The notes: generated by a model from the letters alone, not told the origin. Positions 1 to 12,106 are shown, counted from the first letter of the stretch. The stretch: DNA of 64,000 nucleotides from Hydrolagus colliei (GCA_035084275.1 CM068748.1:12710001-12774000); one strand, 5' to 3'. Translations and numbers: made by a program.

Positions 1-592
1 CTCCTACCCACCCCCCCCCCACCCCCCACCAGCAGTGAGCTCAGATGTACAGACAGATGAAACATTTATATTTTTGGCCAAAAGAAAACCAATACCGAGC
101 CAATAATCAGCATGCAAGTTGAACAGAACATAGTGAAGGCAAATTTGTTCAATGCCATCATAGGAGAGATCTTAAACCCCAAAATGATATTCAGGGATAA
201 TAGTTAAAAACAGTGTTAATGGAACATAATTTATCCAAAAACATTTGTAATATGCATTGTATCTTGGTCAGATGCAAATGGGAATTGCAGTGAGTATATT
301 GTATATTCATTGTGTGGCCCAAGTATAGGAATACAAGACTGCTTTGCATAGAAATATTGTACCAACTTGTTCACTGCTCAGCTCAACCTTTGTGATAAAT
401 CATGGCCCTCAAGGAGAATGGGAGCACTAAGGAAGGCAATTGATATGTTTTAAACTTTCATCTTGTTTGAACTTTAATCATTGTTGGTAGATGTCACAAA
501 TTTAGCAAATGTTGGCTGCCCCAAAGCATTCACACTGTCCAACTGTTGTTTGCTGCTATCAGGTGGATACTGCTCTCACTACCCCCACAGTA

Positions 593-670
593 TTCCTGAA
601 GTATTTCATAACAGTCTCATGATTAATTTGCTTCCTGAAGTATTTCATAACAGTCTCATGATTAATTTGC
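593..670. repeat. exact tandem duplication, 39 bp x2
   Basis: ttcctgaagtatttcataacagtctcatgattaatttgc at 593-631 and 632-670. Confidence 0.97.
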
Positions 671-804
671 AGAAATTTGTACAGTTGGAACTGAAATTTT
701 AATTTTTGTGGATTCAGAGTGAAGGTCCGAGATGATATATTCCACAGGGGAATGTATGGGTGAGGCAAACATCAATGCTGGATTCAATGGATATCCTTCC
801 ATCT

Positions 805-1445
805 ACAACAACAACAAAATTACATTTGTATAGTACCTTTCACATCGAGTGTAGGTCCCAAGGTGCTAGTCAGTCAGTGTTTTGGACCTGAGTTGGCGTT
901 GGGATTGGAGGGAGGCAAAGTGGGGTGACTGATGGCATGGTTGAAGAGGAGGATCTTTAGGTGGGACTTGAAGGAGGTTAGGTGGGGCAAAATGGAGGGA
1001 TTGCGGGATGGAATTCCAAAGGTTGGGGGCAGTGTGGCTGTAGGCTTGCCCGCCATTGTTTGGGTGGGTGGGATGGGGAATAAGGAGTAGGCCAGAGCAG
1101 ACAGGTTGGTAGGGAGTTAGGAGACGGCATGGAAGGCTTTCAAGGTGAGGACCAGGATCTTGAATTGAATCCTCTGAGTGTTGGGAAGCCATTGTAGCTG
1201 GGCGTGAGTAATAGAGTTGCAGAACTTGGTGTGGGAGAGGATACAGGCTTCATGGTTCTGCATGGTGCACAGCACATACTACCTAAAGGCTCATCTGTAC
1301 GATTATGTTATCGCCTCACCAGCAGCAGTCAAATACAATTGTGTCAAACGCAATCCAATTCCCAATGCAAATCGCACAGCCTCCACCATGATCTGCAGCC
1401 TATGGAGGGAGGAATTGGGGAGTTGCACTGGCATAGTTGAGCCAA
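805..1445 (-). mobile_element. L2-clade LINE 3' fragment (ORF2 C-terminus, 3' UTR, TTG tail), interrupted at 1265-1386
   Basis: (CAA)n plus aaattacatttgtatag tail at 805; minus-strand translation fragments GGQAYSHTAPNLWNSIPQSL, SFKSHLK, LPNSSLHRLQ. Confidence 0.9.
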
Positions 1446-2675
1446 CTTTAGAAAATCTACAACTTTGAAATGGAGAAGGTTTGGTTTTGAATAAGAAACA
1501 GAGTAAGGTTCAACTTTAAGGAGAACCAGCACCAGCAGCGCTAAACATAATGCAGAATGCGGATCAACTCCAGCAGGAGATTTCAGACAATTTTGAGTTT
1601 TTGGGGCTTGCTTCCGGTTGTGAATATTAAACCTGAGATGTCCTTGAGAGCAGTCAGCAAGATGTTAAAGTTCTTTGTCAACATTTTCTGTGAAAGAGGT
1701 TGAAGAGAAATGAAATTAGAAGATCATCTCCGTGTTCTTGGAGCTCAGCAAATTCGCTTGAACCTCTTAATAAGTGGCCCTATTCCCCATCCTGCTGACA
1801 GACTCTAGAGGCACACTGTTACGCTAAGTATAGTTACTTAGCAACTACCTCCCATCCCATCACGCTGACCATAATCTAATATTTCTCCTGACTGAACCAT
1901 TTCCAACAAAAAATCTCATAGAAATTGATGAGCTTCTTCATACACCCGCCTACATAAGGAGAAACACAGAAGCTGCACAATCCACTGCCAAGATACAATA
2001 TTTACCACCAGGTAGACCTGACTAGAATACATGCTTAAACAGAATCTACAGTATATTTCCTTTATATGAATCTGTTTTGCTATTATAACACCATGCCACA
2101 ATATCTATGCATAAGTAAGTTGATCATATACAGTGAATTCAAATCGCAGTAGAAGCATGCATTAACCTTTGGTTGTAACAAATGCGTATATCTTATTGCC
2201 ACAAGACATCAGGGTTTGAGATGTTTGACTGAGAGGCATATGAAACAACAAATAATTATGATGTTATTGGGATTATAGGAAAGTGTCTCAATCTGGAAAC
2301 TGGGAATTATTTTCCAAATCAGGCAGCATATTTAAATTGGAAATGAGTAAATCAAAATGTAAGCCTAAAACATAAAGCAAAATAGCGTAGCCTCATTTAT
2401 CAATCAGGAAGAGAAAATGATTAACAATAGGGATCTGCTCTACCCCCCCACCACACCCACACCCACCACCACACCATCCCTCCAATGATATAAGAAAGAT
2501 AATGATCATATAATGATGGGTGACTGCAAGCAACCACAATAAATCAGAATTAAGTAGAGACAGTAGAGACTGAGGCTTATAAGGAAGACTTGCCAAAAGT
2601 AAGTTTTCTTTTCTGAAATCAGCTGAGACACAGCAATTTAATTGAATGTTGCTGAGGTTTAAGCAACACTGGGGT

Positions 2676-2816
2676 TTGCAACTGCACAATGAAGGTAATT
2701 GACATCTGGGAGAATTATACAGCTGAGAGAAACAGTTCACGCCGGTTTCAATAAACAGACATGGTAGTGAAATAATTAAAACAATTGATGCACAAACACA
2801 AGTCTCTGAAAGTCAA
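2676..2816. repeat. copy 1 of locally duplicated non-coding element (partner 5282-5389)
   Basis: hand alignment: 65/77 identity, 33-bp insertion, then 26/31 identity. Confidence 0.9.
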
Positions 2817-2874
2817 ATGGAAACTTTTTCATGCCTTGTTAAAAGAAACAGAAGGGAGGTTAGGAAGAACCTTG

Positions 2875-3005
2875 GGGAGGACAAGATTGCATGCCTTTGG
2901 AGAGAAAGCGGGCCATTTGGATTGAGTTGGACAGCTCTTTTTGGAGTCAGCACAGAAATGATGGGCTGAATGGCTTCCTGTTGTGCTGTATGACTCTATG
3001 ATTCT
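2875..3005 (+). mobile_element. CR1 LINE 3' end
   Basis: gatgggctgaatggcttcctgttgtgctgtatgactctatgattct, typical CR1 3' hairpin and octamer-like tail. Confidence 0.8.
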
Positions 3006-3199
3006 TGGTCAGACTGGACCTAAATTATAACACAGAATAAATAACTGCATCATCAACCCCTGGATCATTCACATTTTCCTGCTCCTTGCAGCACAGGAAG
3101 TATACTATCATTTTTGCAGTGAACAATTGTGAAATAGTATTCTCCTTCTTTCACTCTGCTCCCCGAATGTTAAATGGCCAGAATTCTACCTGTGATCAT

Positions 3200-3267
3200 A
3201 ACAACCACAATAGCAACATTGTGCTATGTGAAGCACCTTTCACATTGGGAGGACGTCCCAAGGCGCT
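3200..3267 (-). mobile_element. L2 3' tail-only fragment (type A)
   Basis: cctttcacattgggaggacgtcccaaggcgct, shared with the L2 copy at 32762. Confidence 0.8.
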
Positions 3268-3936
3268 ACTACGTAGAATGGAATTTAGACAAAATAATTT
3301 GCTCCATAACCCTATATTCCACACCCTTGCTTAGAGCTAGAAAGTGTACTTTTGTGGTTTGGATCCCTTTCTCTCTCCAAATAAACCCTCCTTTATTTGA
3401 CTCAAAGGAAGGTGGGAAATCTCACCCTCTCACTGAGTCATGCTCAAGTAGAACAGGTTGATACCCTTTTTCCCTTGACTGATTCCATCTCTCCACCAGA
3501 TGACCAAACTGACAGGGGATGTTTTCCAACAAGGGAAAATCCAAGTATGAATATCAGTCAAGACCAAGTCAGATATACCTGATCTTTGTGAGCACGAAAT
3601 GCAGATGGCACATTAAAATATTCCGCTTTCTGAAACCAATCTGAATTAGAATACAATACACTGGCCAATAATACGGACACATGAACATGTAAGTTCAATC
3701 CGCACGTATGCACGGAGGCCACCGTTTTCATTTGTAGGATTAAAGCAGCAGGCGAATTCAGCTGTCACATTTACACCCTCGGTGACTTGTTCTATCAGTA
3801 ATGCCTAGCTTCATAAGTCTCTTGGGCTGCTTCCCTCCCTATTCAGGATTAATTCTACTGCAACAGCTGTAAATATTGCAATTATAATTACATTCCACTT
3901 TATTACAGGCAGGCGGCTTGGAGAAAGGCATTATGG

Positions 3937-3996
3937 ACAACAACAAAATTACATTTATGTAGCGCCTTTCACATTGGGAGAACGTCCCAAGACGCT
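3937..3996 (-). mobile_element. L2 3' tail-only fragment (type A)
   Basis: acaacaacaaaattacatttatgtagcgcctttcacattgggagaacgtcccaagacgct. Confidence 0.85.
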
Positions 3997-4764
3997 GTGG
4001 AAGCACTTGATTACATGTGGAGTTGTGACAAGGGAAAAGAAGCATCAGGGAAATTCCCTCAAAGCTCTGGGAATCCGGTTCTCTTTACCCTGCTGGGGTG
4101 TATCTTAATAATTGCAAATGTCACAAAGAATCAGAGACAGGGTTTACGTTTTAAAGTGATAAACATAACATTTCCTTCTTGAGTATGGCTGGGGCTGATG
4201 TGCACCTGCCTTTTTATTTAACAGATCCCATAATCTGGATAAAGGGACGACAAACAAATTGAATTTGTGAAAACAATTTCTTTCACAAAATCAATTCAGA
4301 ACGGAGAAATAGCCACAAATTCAATTTGGGGCAAGCTTGCTCAGGCCTGTTTGTACCTGTCACATGTGGCTCTTACGGTGCTCTTGCCTATTAGCAGATA
4401 TAAACTTGATTCATACAGTCGGCCAGATCTACCTGAGCTAAAATTAAGGGAAGTGTATATTGGGAATCAAGTTAATCTACTTCACTTGACCTGACTGAGT
4501 GCATTTGGGTTCTTCAAATTTGATAGCAATCAGATTTGCTAAACATTATCTTGTGCAATAAATCAATGGTTTGGGGGAAGTTTGTATAGTGGTCCTTGTC
4601 TGAAAAAAAACATGTCCCATTTCCTCGTACAAAGGAATATAAATCCCATCTACCAACCTTTCATCAGCTAAGCCACTCCTGTTGCTCGATTTGCTTCTGA
4701 TGGAGGATGAAATCTAGAAGATGATACTGAAAAGACAGAGATACAAATACCTGTGCTTCTACAA

Positions 4765-4845
4765 TATTGTTACATTGTGAAGCGTTTTGAGATAGCTCAA
4801 TGACGTGATAAGGTGCTGTTTCAAATACAAGGATTACTATTATTA
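4765..4845 (+). mobile_element. young Deu-type SINE 3' fragment
   Basis: gtgaagcgttttgag...caaatacaaggattactattatt matches the tail of 37214-37527. Confidence 0.75.
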
Positions 4846-5281
4846 TCTCCCATATCCAGGACCCTGGTTTCCACTGATATCAGTTCAGGTCCATCATGCA
4901 GTTGAGCTCAGTGACTCATCTCAATCAGTTACCCATCAATGTTATTTAACTTAAGATAAGGTTGAAAGCTAATCAGTAGTTTTTGTACCAATTTTGTTTT
5001 TAAATGAGGATCTTTAATGTTTCCAGCTATTCTGAAACAAAAGATAGCGGGCAGTTTTGACTCCAGTATTTGCCTTTTCTTAATCCCAGTACAGTACTGC
5101 CGGGTCCCCTTGAGGGTTTTATGATAATAAGATTAAGTAATTAACTGAGGATGAAATGGGATGAAATTGAATACAGAGCTCACTGGATATTAAAGGGGTA
5201 GCATCATCACAAAGAAATATCTGGCAAAACCTTATTTTGTTTCATGGTTGAAGTATTGGACATAAGGAAGAAAAAAGTGGG

Positions 5282-5389
5282 TTGCAACCATACAATGAAG
5301 GTAACTGACATCTGGGAGAACTAAACAGCTGAGAGGAACAATACATGCCACTTTCAATTGTTTCGCAAATACAAGTCTATGAAAGTCAA
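5282..5389. repeat. copy 2 of locally duplicated non-coding element
   Basis: acaatgaaggtaactgacatctgggagaactaaacagctgagag aligns to 2676-2816. Confidence 0.9.
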
Positions 5390-5750
5390 GATTCGCCAAA
5401 CGTTTCACTTTCATTGCCAATTCCAGCTGCCGCGTTGTCTGACGTCTAAAGTGTCATTATTCATACTTTGCTGTCAAAGGTGTTGAAAACCATCGCCCTT
5501 TTTAAAATAAAAATGTCCGATGGGAGGTGAGGAAATATGCATACAATCCAAACTTTTGCAGTTCCAAAATGCAGATGGGAAGATAGAGATGGGCAATTCA
5601 CCTGGAGGGGTTTATGGAGTAAACGGGTATAACAGGGTTAAGCATCATTTAAATACCCATGACTAAACATGACATCACAAAATGCTTGTTACAAGCTGGT
5701 GTGGAAGGGTAATGTGACCTAAAGTGGGGACAAAGAACTGCATCTTGAAT

Positions 5751-5813
5751 TAGACCTTAAGCGCTCTGAGACCCCCTCCGGCGTGGAGGGCGCTATGTAA
5801 ATCGAAGTTGTTG
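5751..5813 (+). mobile_element. L2-like tail-only retrocopy (type C) with 6-bp TSD
   Basis: agcgctctgag...ggcgtggagggcgctatgtaaatcgaagttgttg; ttgaat at 5745-5750 and 5814-5819. Confidence 0.8.
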
Positions 5814-6507
5814 TTGAATGAAGGCAGGGAAGGAGCATACTCAGTGAGGAAGCAAATGAGGCGAGGGAGGGTGTGAATGAATGGAGGGAGAAAATGAGAT
5901 GCTGAATGTTAACAGGGAACTTCAGTGTTGCTGCACTTAGTCACATAAAGAATTGTTCGTTCTGCGGACCTACAGTAGCTATTTGCATGCTAAAAGTTTG
6001 GGCGACATGAGTGCTCTTTAACAAGGAAATTTTATGAACACTGACATCGAATGTTCCAGAGATAGACCAAGGGGAATTACTAACTACTGATTGATCTCAA
6101 GCCCTGACGATGCAACAAATCCAAATGGATTCTAATCTTATCTTGTTGCACTGTGGTTTAATCATACAATACTAAAAATAAACATGCATCCTCCAATGTA
6201 AGGTTGATCTTAGCCTTATTATCCTCATAATACTCTGTATATAATCTTGTTTCCCATCATGTTTGCAGTGAGGCTGCAAAGAATATTTGTCCTTCATACT
6301 GCAAGCCTCAGAGAAGTATGAAGATTTGTAAAGGCTTTAAGTTTGCCATTTTGAAACAAGGATTTTAGCTCACAACCGGGAAATAAAACCAGCTTTTCTC
6401 CCCACTACAGGCTGAATCTTGCAATTGTGGCCACCTCATATTAAAAAAGGAGGCTTACACAATGTCACAACCTAGAGGTAAGCAGACCATGAAATCCAAA
6501 GGCTTTC

Positions 6508-6753
6508 ATAATAATAATACTTGCATTTTATATAGCATTTTTCATGTCTTCTAGACATCTCAAAGTGCTTCACAGAATATTGTGTAAAGTGAATAGACTA
6601 TAATTTGTGAGCGAAATAGAGCCAGCACAACAGTGTCCCACAAATTGTGGTGGATTGGGATGAACTTTTTTTTTTGGAGGGATTATTATCAGGTGTGTGG
6701 AGCAAGGAAACGTGCCCAAAATTTTGCCCTGCCTGGAATCAAACTCAGATCTC
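6508..6753 (-). mobile_element. young tRNA-derived Deu-type SINE
   Basis: reverse-complement match to 37214-37527; (AAT)n tail. Confidence 0.9.
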
Positions 6754-7280
6754 TGAGTTTGATTTTCCAAGGAAATGTATGCATATTATGGAAGCAAAGA
6801 CCTCTCACTGACACTGGTTCAACTGAAGATCCAGCCTTTAAATCTGTGGGAATAGTAAATTGTCCATTTGTCGATTAGGTGATAATTGTATTCTTTCCAT
6901 TATGAATCAAGATCACAATGCCGTTTTTTTTTTTAAATCATTAACCACCTGGATGCAGCCTTCAAGGAAATGTTATTAATTTGATAGTAGAACAGCACTT
7001 TGATTTATAATGCAAAGCAAAATACGTTATAATTTCTGCAGGAAAATATTCAGAGATTCGGATCCCATAGAGATGCAGAATGGGAATTATTTAGGTCACT
7101 CTCTGCTATTGAGCATGCTGTCATTATATGAAACAATGAGTACAATGAGGTCAAAGTGCTGTAATGATACTCAACGTTCACCATTTCTGCATGTTCCAGA
7201 TCTGAGCTGCAGTGTCGAGCAAAGGCACTGAGTGAAGTTAATTTGCCTCCTCGTTTATCGCTTGACTCAGACTCATGGAG

Positions 7281-7528
7281 TAGAAGGGAGTTTCTCCCAG
7301 TGTCCTGGCTAGCAACAACAAAATGACATTTGTGTAGTGCCTTTCACATCGGAAGGACATCCCAAGCAATCCTACAAAATTAGTCATTTCATGGCTGTGT
7401 GCAAATTGGCTGCTGCGTTCACCCACATATAAAAACATTTCAGTTTATCCCGTGAAGGCCTTTGGAATGTCCTTCTGGAGTGAAAGACGCTACACAAATT
7501 GCAAGGTTTCATTATTATTATAATTATT
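7281..7528 (+). mobile_element. old DeuSINE with nested antisense L2 tail (7313-7366)
   Basis: gggagtttctcccagtgtcctggc ... gctgtgtgcaaattggctgctgcgtt Deu motifs flank the L2 tail. Confidence 0.75.
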
Positions 7529-7639
7529 AGAATGCCATCACATAAAGAAGTTTAAGAAGTTGACATTCTAAATCATTTGCTAGAAAGTTACTGAACATTC
7601 ATCACTGAACTCAAACTAACCACAGAGCCACGTAGGTGA

Positions 7640-7806
7640 ACATGAGAAGGAAAATTCTCCCGATGTCCTGGCCAACAAGCCCTCCAAATAATATTGATCA
7701 TCCACTTTGTGGCTTTTTTCACGCATTGCTGTGTGCAGATTGGCTGCTGAGTTCACCGACAACACAGATAATCCGGATGTGAAAGATGTGATATAAAAAT
7801 GCAAGA
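7640..7806 (+). mobile_element. old DeuSINE 3' fragment
   Basis: ttctcccgatgtcctggccaac; gctgtgtgcagattggctgctg. Confidence 0.7.
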
Positions 7807-8469
7807 CTGGAAAAAAATTACTGGCAAGATTACATGGTCACTTTAATACTGGAGAACAATTCCAGCAATGAGGCCAGACAAGGGGTGTGGAGGGTAATGT
7901 CATGTTGTGAGGGAGGGCGGGTGCGGATGTTCTTCTGAAGTTTTTATATTTTAATTTTATGTATTATTTATGCAGGATCTAGATCCATTTGAGAACAGTA
8001 ATAACAAATTCCATGGGACCATTGAGGGTCTTAGCCAAAAGCTAATTTGCAGCAGAGTCCTCCAGAAATATCATTATGCTGTATATCAAACACGAACATG
8101 TGAAAATAATGTACTGTGTATTCAACCAAGCATCATTTTTTCTTTACTTCACTTTAAAAAACAATATAGATTTTCAGTGTGAGAGCAGCAAGGCTCAAAG
8201 CCACGATTCCAAGATTCATCAAGTTCACTGTAATCTGTGACCTTGGTGAAGTCAAACTTTTTCTCTTGCGTTGTGGATAGAAGAGTTCATGTAACAAAGC
8301 ACATGCCTTGCGTGGCAGCTCATCAACTGTGCCTGCAATCTCAACTCGGCTGCTATTTTAGAAGGAATGGATTAACTCTTCAAGACATTTTTGCAGATGA
8401 ACCATCTGAATCTAAACTATTTCTGTTGATTTAAAAAAAAATACGTGTATTGAATTTTAATAAGCTTTT

Positions 8470-8996
8470 TGACCTCCCTTGTTTCACCACCACAACCACC
8501 ACCAACAACAACAACTGGCAATTATAAAGCACCCTCCATGCACAGTAGCGTCTGCAAGATCTGCTGGCTGCATCCTCACCAATAACAAGTCACCCATTCC
8601 TCACCAGGCTCCATTGTTTCTCGGTGGACAGACTTCAGGATGTTCATCGCTCACTTATAAATCTCTTCACTTCCATTACCTCCATATCTCTGTGATCCTC
8701 TCCTATCCCATTCTTCTGCTTATCCTCTCTTTTCAGTTAACTGGGGCTTGCTGTCCATCCTCTGCTCAGTCAATTCCACCATCAATCTTCAGCATCTATG
8801 GCCCTATCTGCTGGAAATCACTTCCTCTATCCTTTGCTTCACCCTCCCTCTACCCATCCTTAAATTCCACAAAAAACTCTACCTTTTCGAACGCGCCTAA
8901 TAACCTCCTCCTCTGCACAGTATCCAGTCCCGTCTTTGTAAAACGCTACAAGATGCTATCCTATATGAAGGGCTCTGCATAGATGCACATTGTTGT
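8470..8996 (+). mobile_element. old L2 3' fragment with antisense type-C tail at 8485-8552
   Basis: SAGCILTNNK, PICWKSLPLS remnants; degenerate tail to 8996. Confidence 0.7.
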
Positions 8997-9603
8997 TTAT
9001 GCACTTTGTGTAATGGCAATCAAGATGTCTGCTATGATACGCACTATCAATTTCTTGATCATTGGAGTTTGGAGGAATAACCACAGCATTGAATCTCAGT
9101 TGCAACCTCTGCGGGGGCAGTCAGTCGTTCCAATGAAGAAATATTTGCTGTACGACTGATCACCCAGAAGAGTGGTTGAATTATAAAACTGCTTATCATG
9201 GCCCACCTCAGATGACAGTCAGTAATGGAAAACTATCACACGGAGCAGGAGACTGAGTGACGTAATTTCTCCTGCCTCTTCCTGTTTTATTGCTTTTTTC
9301 CGGTGGTTGCCCAAATGCTAACCATCGATTTTGAATTGAAGTTTGTTCTCGAGACGTCCTCCTGCCATGAAATATGTTATGTAAAAATGCAATTTGTTGT
9401 TCCTGAAGAGAACCCCAACTGGTGGTCAAAAATAGCAGGCAGTACTGTTCTGATGCTTTTATTTCTGAAAGGGAGTCCCACAGAATAGAATTATTTAAGG
9501 GAGGTGTGATCACTTGTTATAATAGCTGTTCCATTTGGAAAGTGCAGAAATACTCAAATGCTAATTGGTTGTAATTTCAAAGACTCATGCAGATACCTTT
9601 ATC

Positions 9604-9671
9604 CAACTACAACAAAAACAAAATTACATTTGTATAGCGCCTTTCATGTTGGGAGAACATCCTAAGGCGCT
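9604..9671 (-). mobile_element. L2 tail-only fragment (type A)
   Basis: aaattacatttgtatagcgcctttcatgttgggagaacatcctaaggcgct. Confidence 0.85.
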
Positions 9672-10634
9672 GGAAATAAATTGGGAGTTAAATCAGGTTA
9701 TACGTTATCACTGTCAAAACACTGAAGACTTAACAAAAATCATTTCCATTTTGTAATAAAAGAAATTACAATCAATTTTAATGTTTTAATGCTTTCTATT
9801 TAAAATTGGTGTGCCAGTGATGAGCTGCATCAAAATAAAAAAGGCTACTTTGAAGCTCATTTGAAATGAAATATTAATGCCTCGGTATTCCCAGGTTCTG
9901 CTGAACCTCTTTATTAATTAATCTGCGATCTTGAATCTCCCATTTTTTCTGAAATTACAGATGGAATTTCATCATCCACCCGGTGTGCTGGGCATCGACA
10001 CTCAGAATCCACATTCTGTTAGAATTCCAAAGAATTGAACGAATCAGTGCTCTTTGAAAGACAAACCAGGAGATCTATCAACTCAACTTCAAGGTTGAAA
10101 GCCTCTGGATAATGGGCTGAATGCAGTTACCGAACAAAACATTCAGGAATATGCATTCACACACAGTGTTTTCTGTAACATGTTTGCGCTCAGCAATTCA
10201 TTCTGTTTCCTTCCAGTGAAAATGAAGGACTGATTTAGATTTAATGTTTCCAGAGTACAGAGCCAAGAGCGAATTAAACCCATACCCACAATAAATTAGT
10301 ATGATTTAGAGAAGATTTAGAACAAGAAAAGGAATCTTAACGATTTCGCAATTGTAACCTTATTTTTGGCCCCTTTCTAAATATAAACAGTAATGAGTTA
10401 GCATTTCCTCTGATTCCCACAAGGACATTTTTCTCGTGCATTGTGACTAGGTGTCAGAACCAGCTTAATGTCAGAACCAGCTCTGCAGTCTCAGACATCT
10501 ACTATCATTTTCTCAAGCCAATGAAAGTAAAACATACGCAAGTGCAATGTTTTACTTCAGCAAGAGTCTCCAGAGAAACAATAAAAAAAGGGAAATTATT
10601 TTCTCAGTTGCAATGTTGACAAATAATTTCCAGT

Positions 10635-10810
10635 CAACAACAAATGACTGTAGCATCTTTCACATCAGGAGGATGTTTCAAGGCACTGAACAAGGGATTT
10701 GAATATGAGTGGGGGGGTAAGGATCAGGAGGGGTGGAGGATAGGGAGGGTAGGGTGGCCGAGGGAACGATTGAAGAAGAGCATCTTCAGGTATGCCCTGA
10801 AGGAGACATG
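10635..10810 (-). mobile_element. L2 3' fragment
   Basis: degenerate tail followed by purine-rich 3' UTR reverse complement. Confidence 0.65.
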
Positions 10811-10889
10811 GTCAAGTGCAGCATAGGCAAGCAAATACAAAGAAGCTACAACCCCATGAACTCGATTTAATTATATTCAAATCAGAGAG

Positions 10890-11058
10890 AAGAAAAAAAG
10901 ATGCCCGGTCTTGGCCAAGAATCCTCCTGATAAAATTGATCATTCACTTCATGAGTGATTGTGGGACTTTGCTGTGTGTTCAAATTGGCTGCTAAATATG
11001 CCTACAAAGAAATACAATTACTACAGTAAATCCTGTGAAGTATTTTGAGATGTCCCCA
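10890..11058 (+). mobile_element. old DeuSINE 3' fragment
   Basis: ttgtgggactttgctgtgtgttcaaattggctgct. Confidence 0.7.
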
Positions 11059-12106
11059 CTATCTAAAATAAACTTCACCAAAAGTGAGGTTTATTCTAAT
11101 AGTTAGAATAACACAAAGACAAACGTGGGAGTGTTTCCAGGCTGTGATCTCATCTCTGGATTCAGGTGATCATTATCAACAGTTCAAACTTAATTCTTAT
11201 TCTTCACAATATCACCTGGAGGAGTTGATTCAGTGGCAAATGTCCAGTGCTTTCCATTAATCAGACTTGCAACTACATTATCCTTTACAACATTGAACTA
11301 CCGCTCAGTGCATGCTCATGCCCCTTTAAATATAGCCTTAACAAATGCCCTTAGAATAGTGTCAGGGAACTCAAGATTACTGTTACACTGTGCAAAAAAA
11401 AGCAATATCAACATTCACTGGGCCATTTACACTTGTATACGCCTCATAATATGATAAAAAGGAACACCTCACTATTCCCTCCAACACACTCCTGTATTAC
11501 ATTGAGGCTGATTGACACTGACTGAAGAAAGCTACTTGCAGATAAATGACTTTCAAGTGGTTACAATAAGCTTTTACAGCAACCTGAGCAACCTGTCAGA
11601 CTGGAATAGAGGAGGAATGAAGGTGGGAACCCATCACACTGTACTTTTAAGCAACACTTTGTAGGATGCTGGCAAATATTAAATGATTATACATTATGCC
11701 ACACCAGATTATGTACAAAACCTTGATAAATGAAGAGGCATATACATACAGATGCTACAAATTGCAAAATCTCACCTTACTACATTTGCTCAGGCAATAT
11801 ATATAATCCTCATTTGAACTACATGCAATCCCTCAGGATTCATACAGAGAGCCTCCCAGCATATACCAGATGTTGCTTCATGCCCACCACACATGCTGAT
11901 AGTGTCCTGATGTTCAATTCAGCCAGAGATTCATTAAAATGTGCTAGGTATGGATTAATAACTTCATAGCTGGATATGCAGCACAATAGGTGTGGACTTA
12001 ATTCCAGGCCATTTTTATTCTCATCTCTCTTCCAGTGGTTAACTTGTATGTGTACAAGAATATGACAATTTCTAATGTCAATATCATAGATACTTTGACA
12101 CAAATA

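Noticed and set aside
2393-5420. Duplicated element as a pair of mutually exclusive coding exons (LPDV[NS]YLHC)
   Set aside because: Similarity extends across both putative splice sites into would-be intron, stops interrupt the full aligned block, and no matching second splice site is shared
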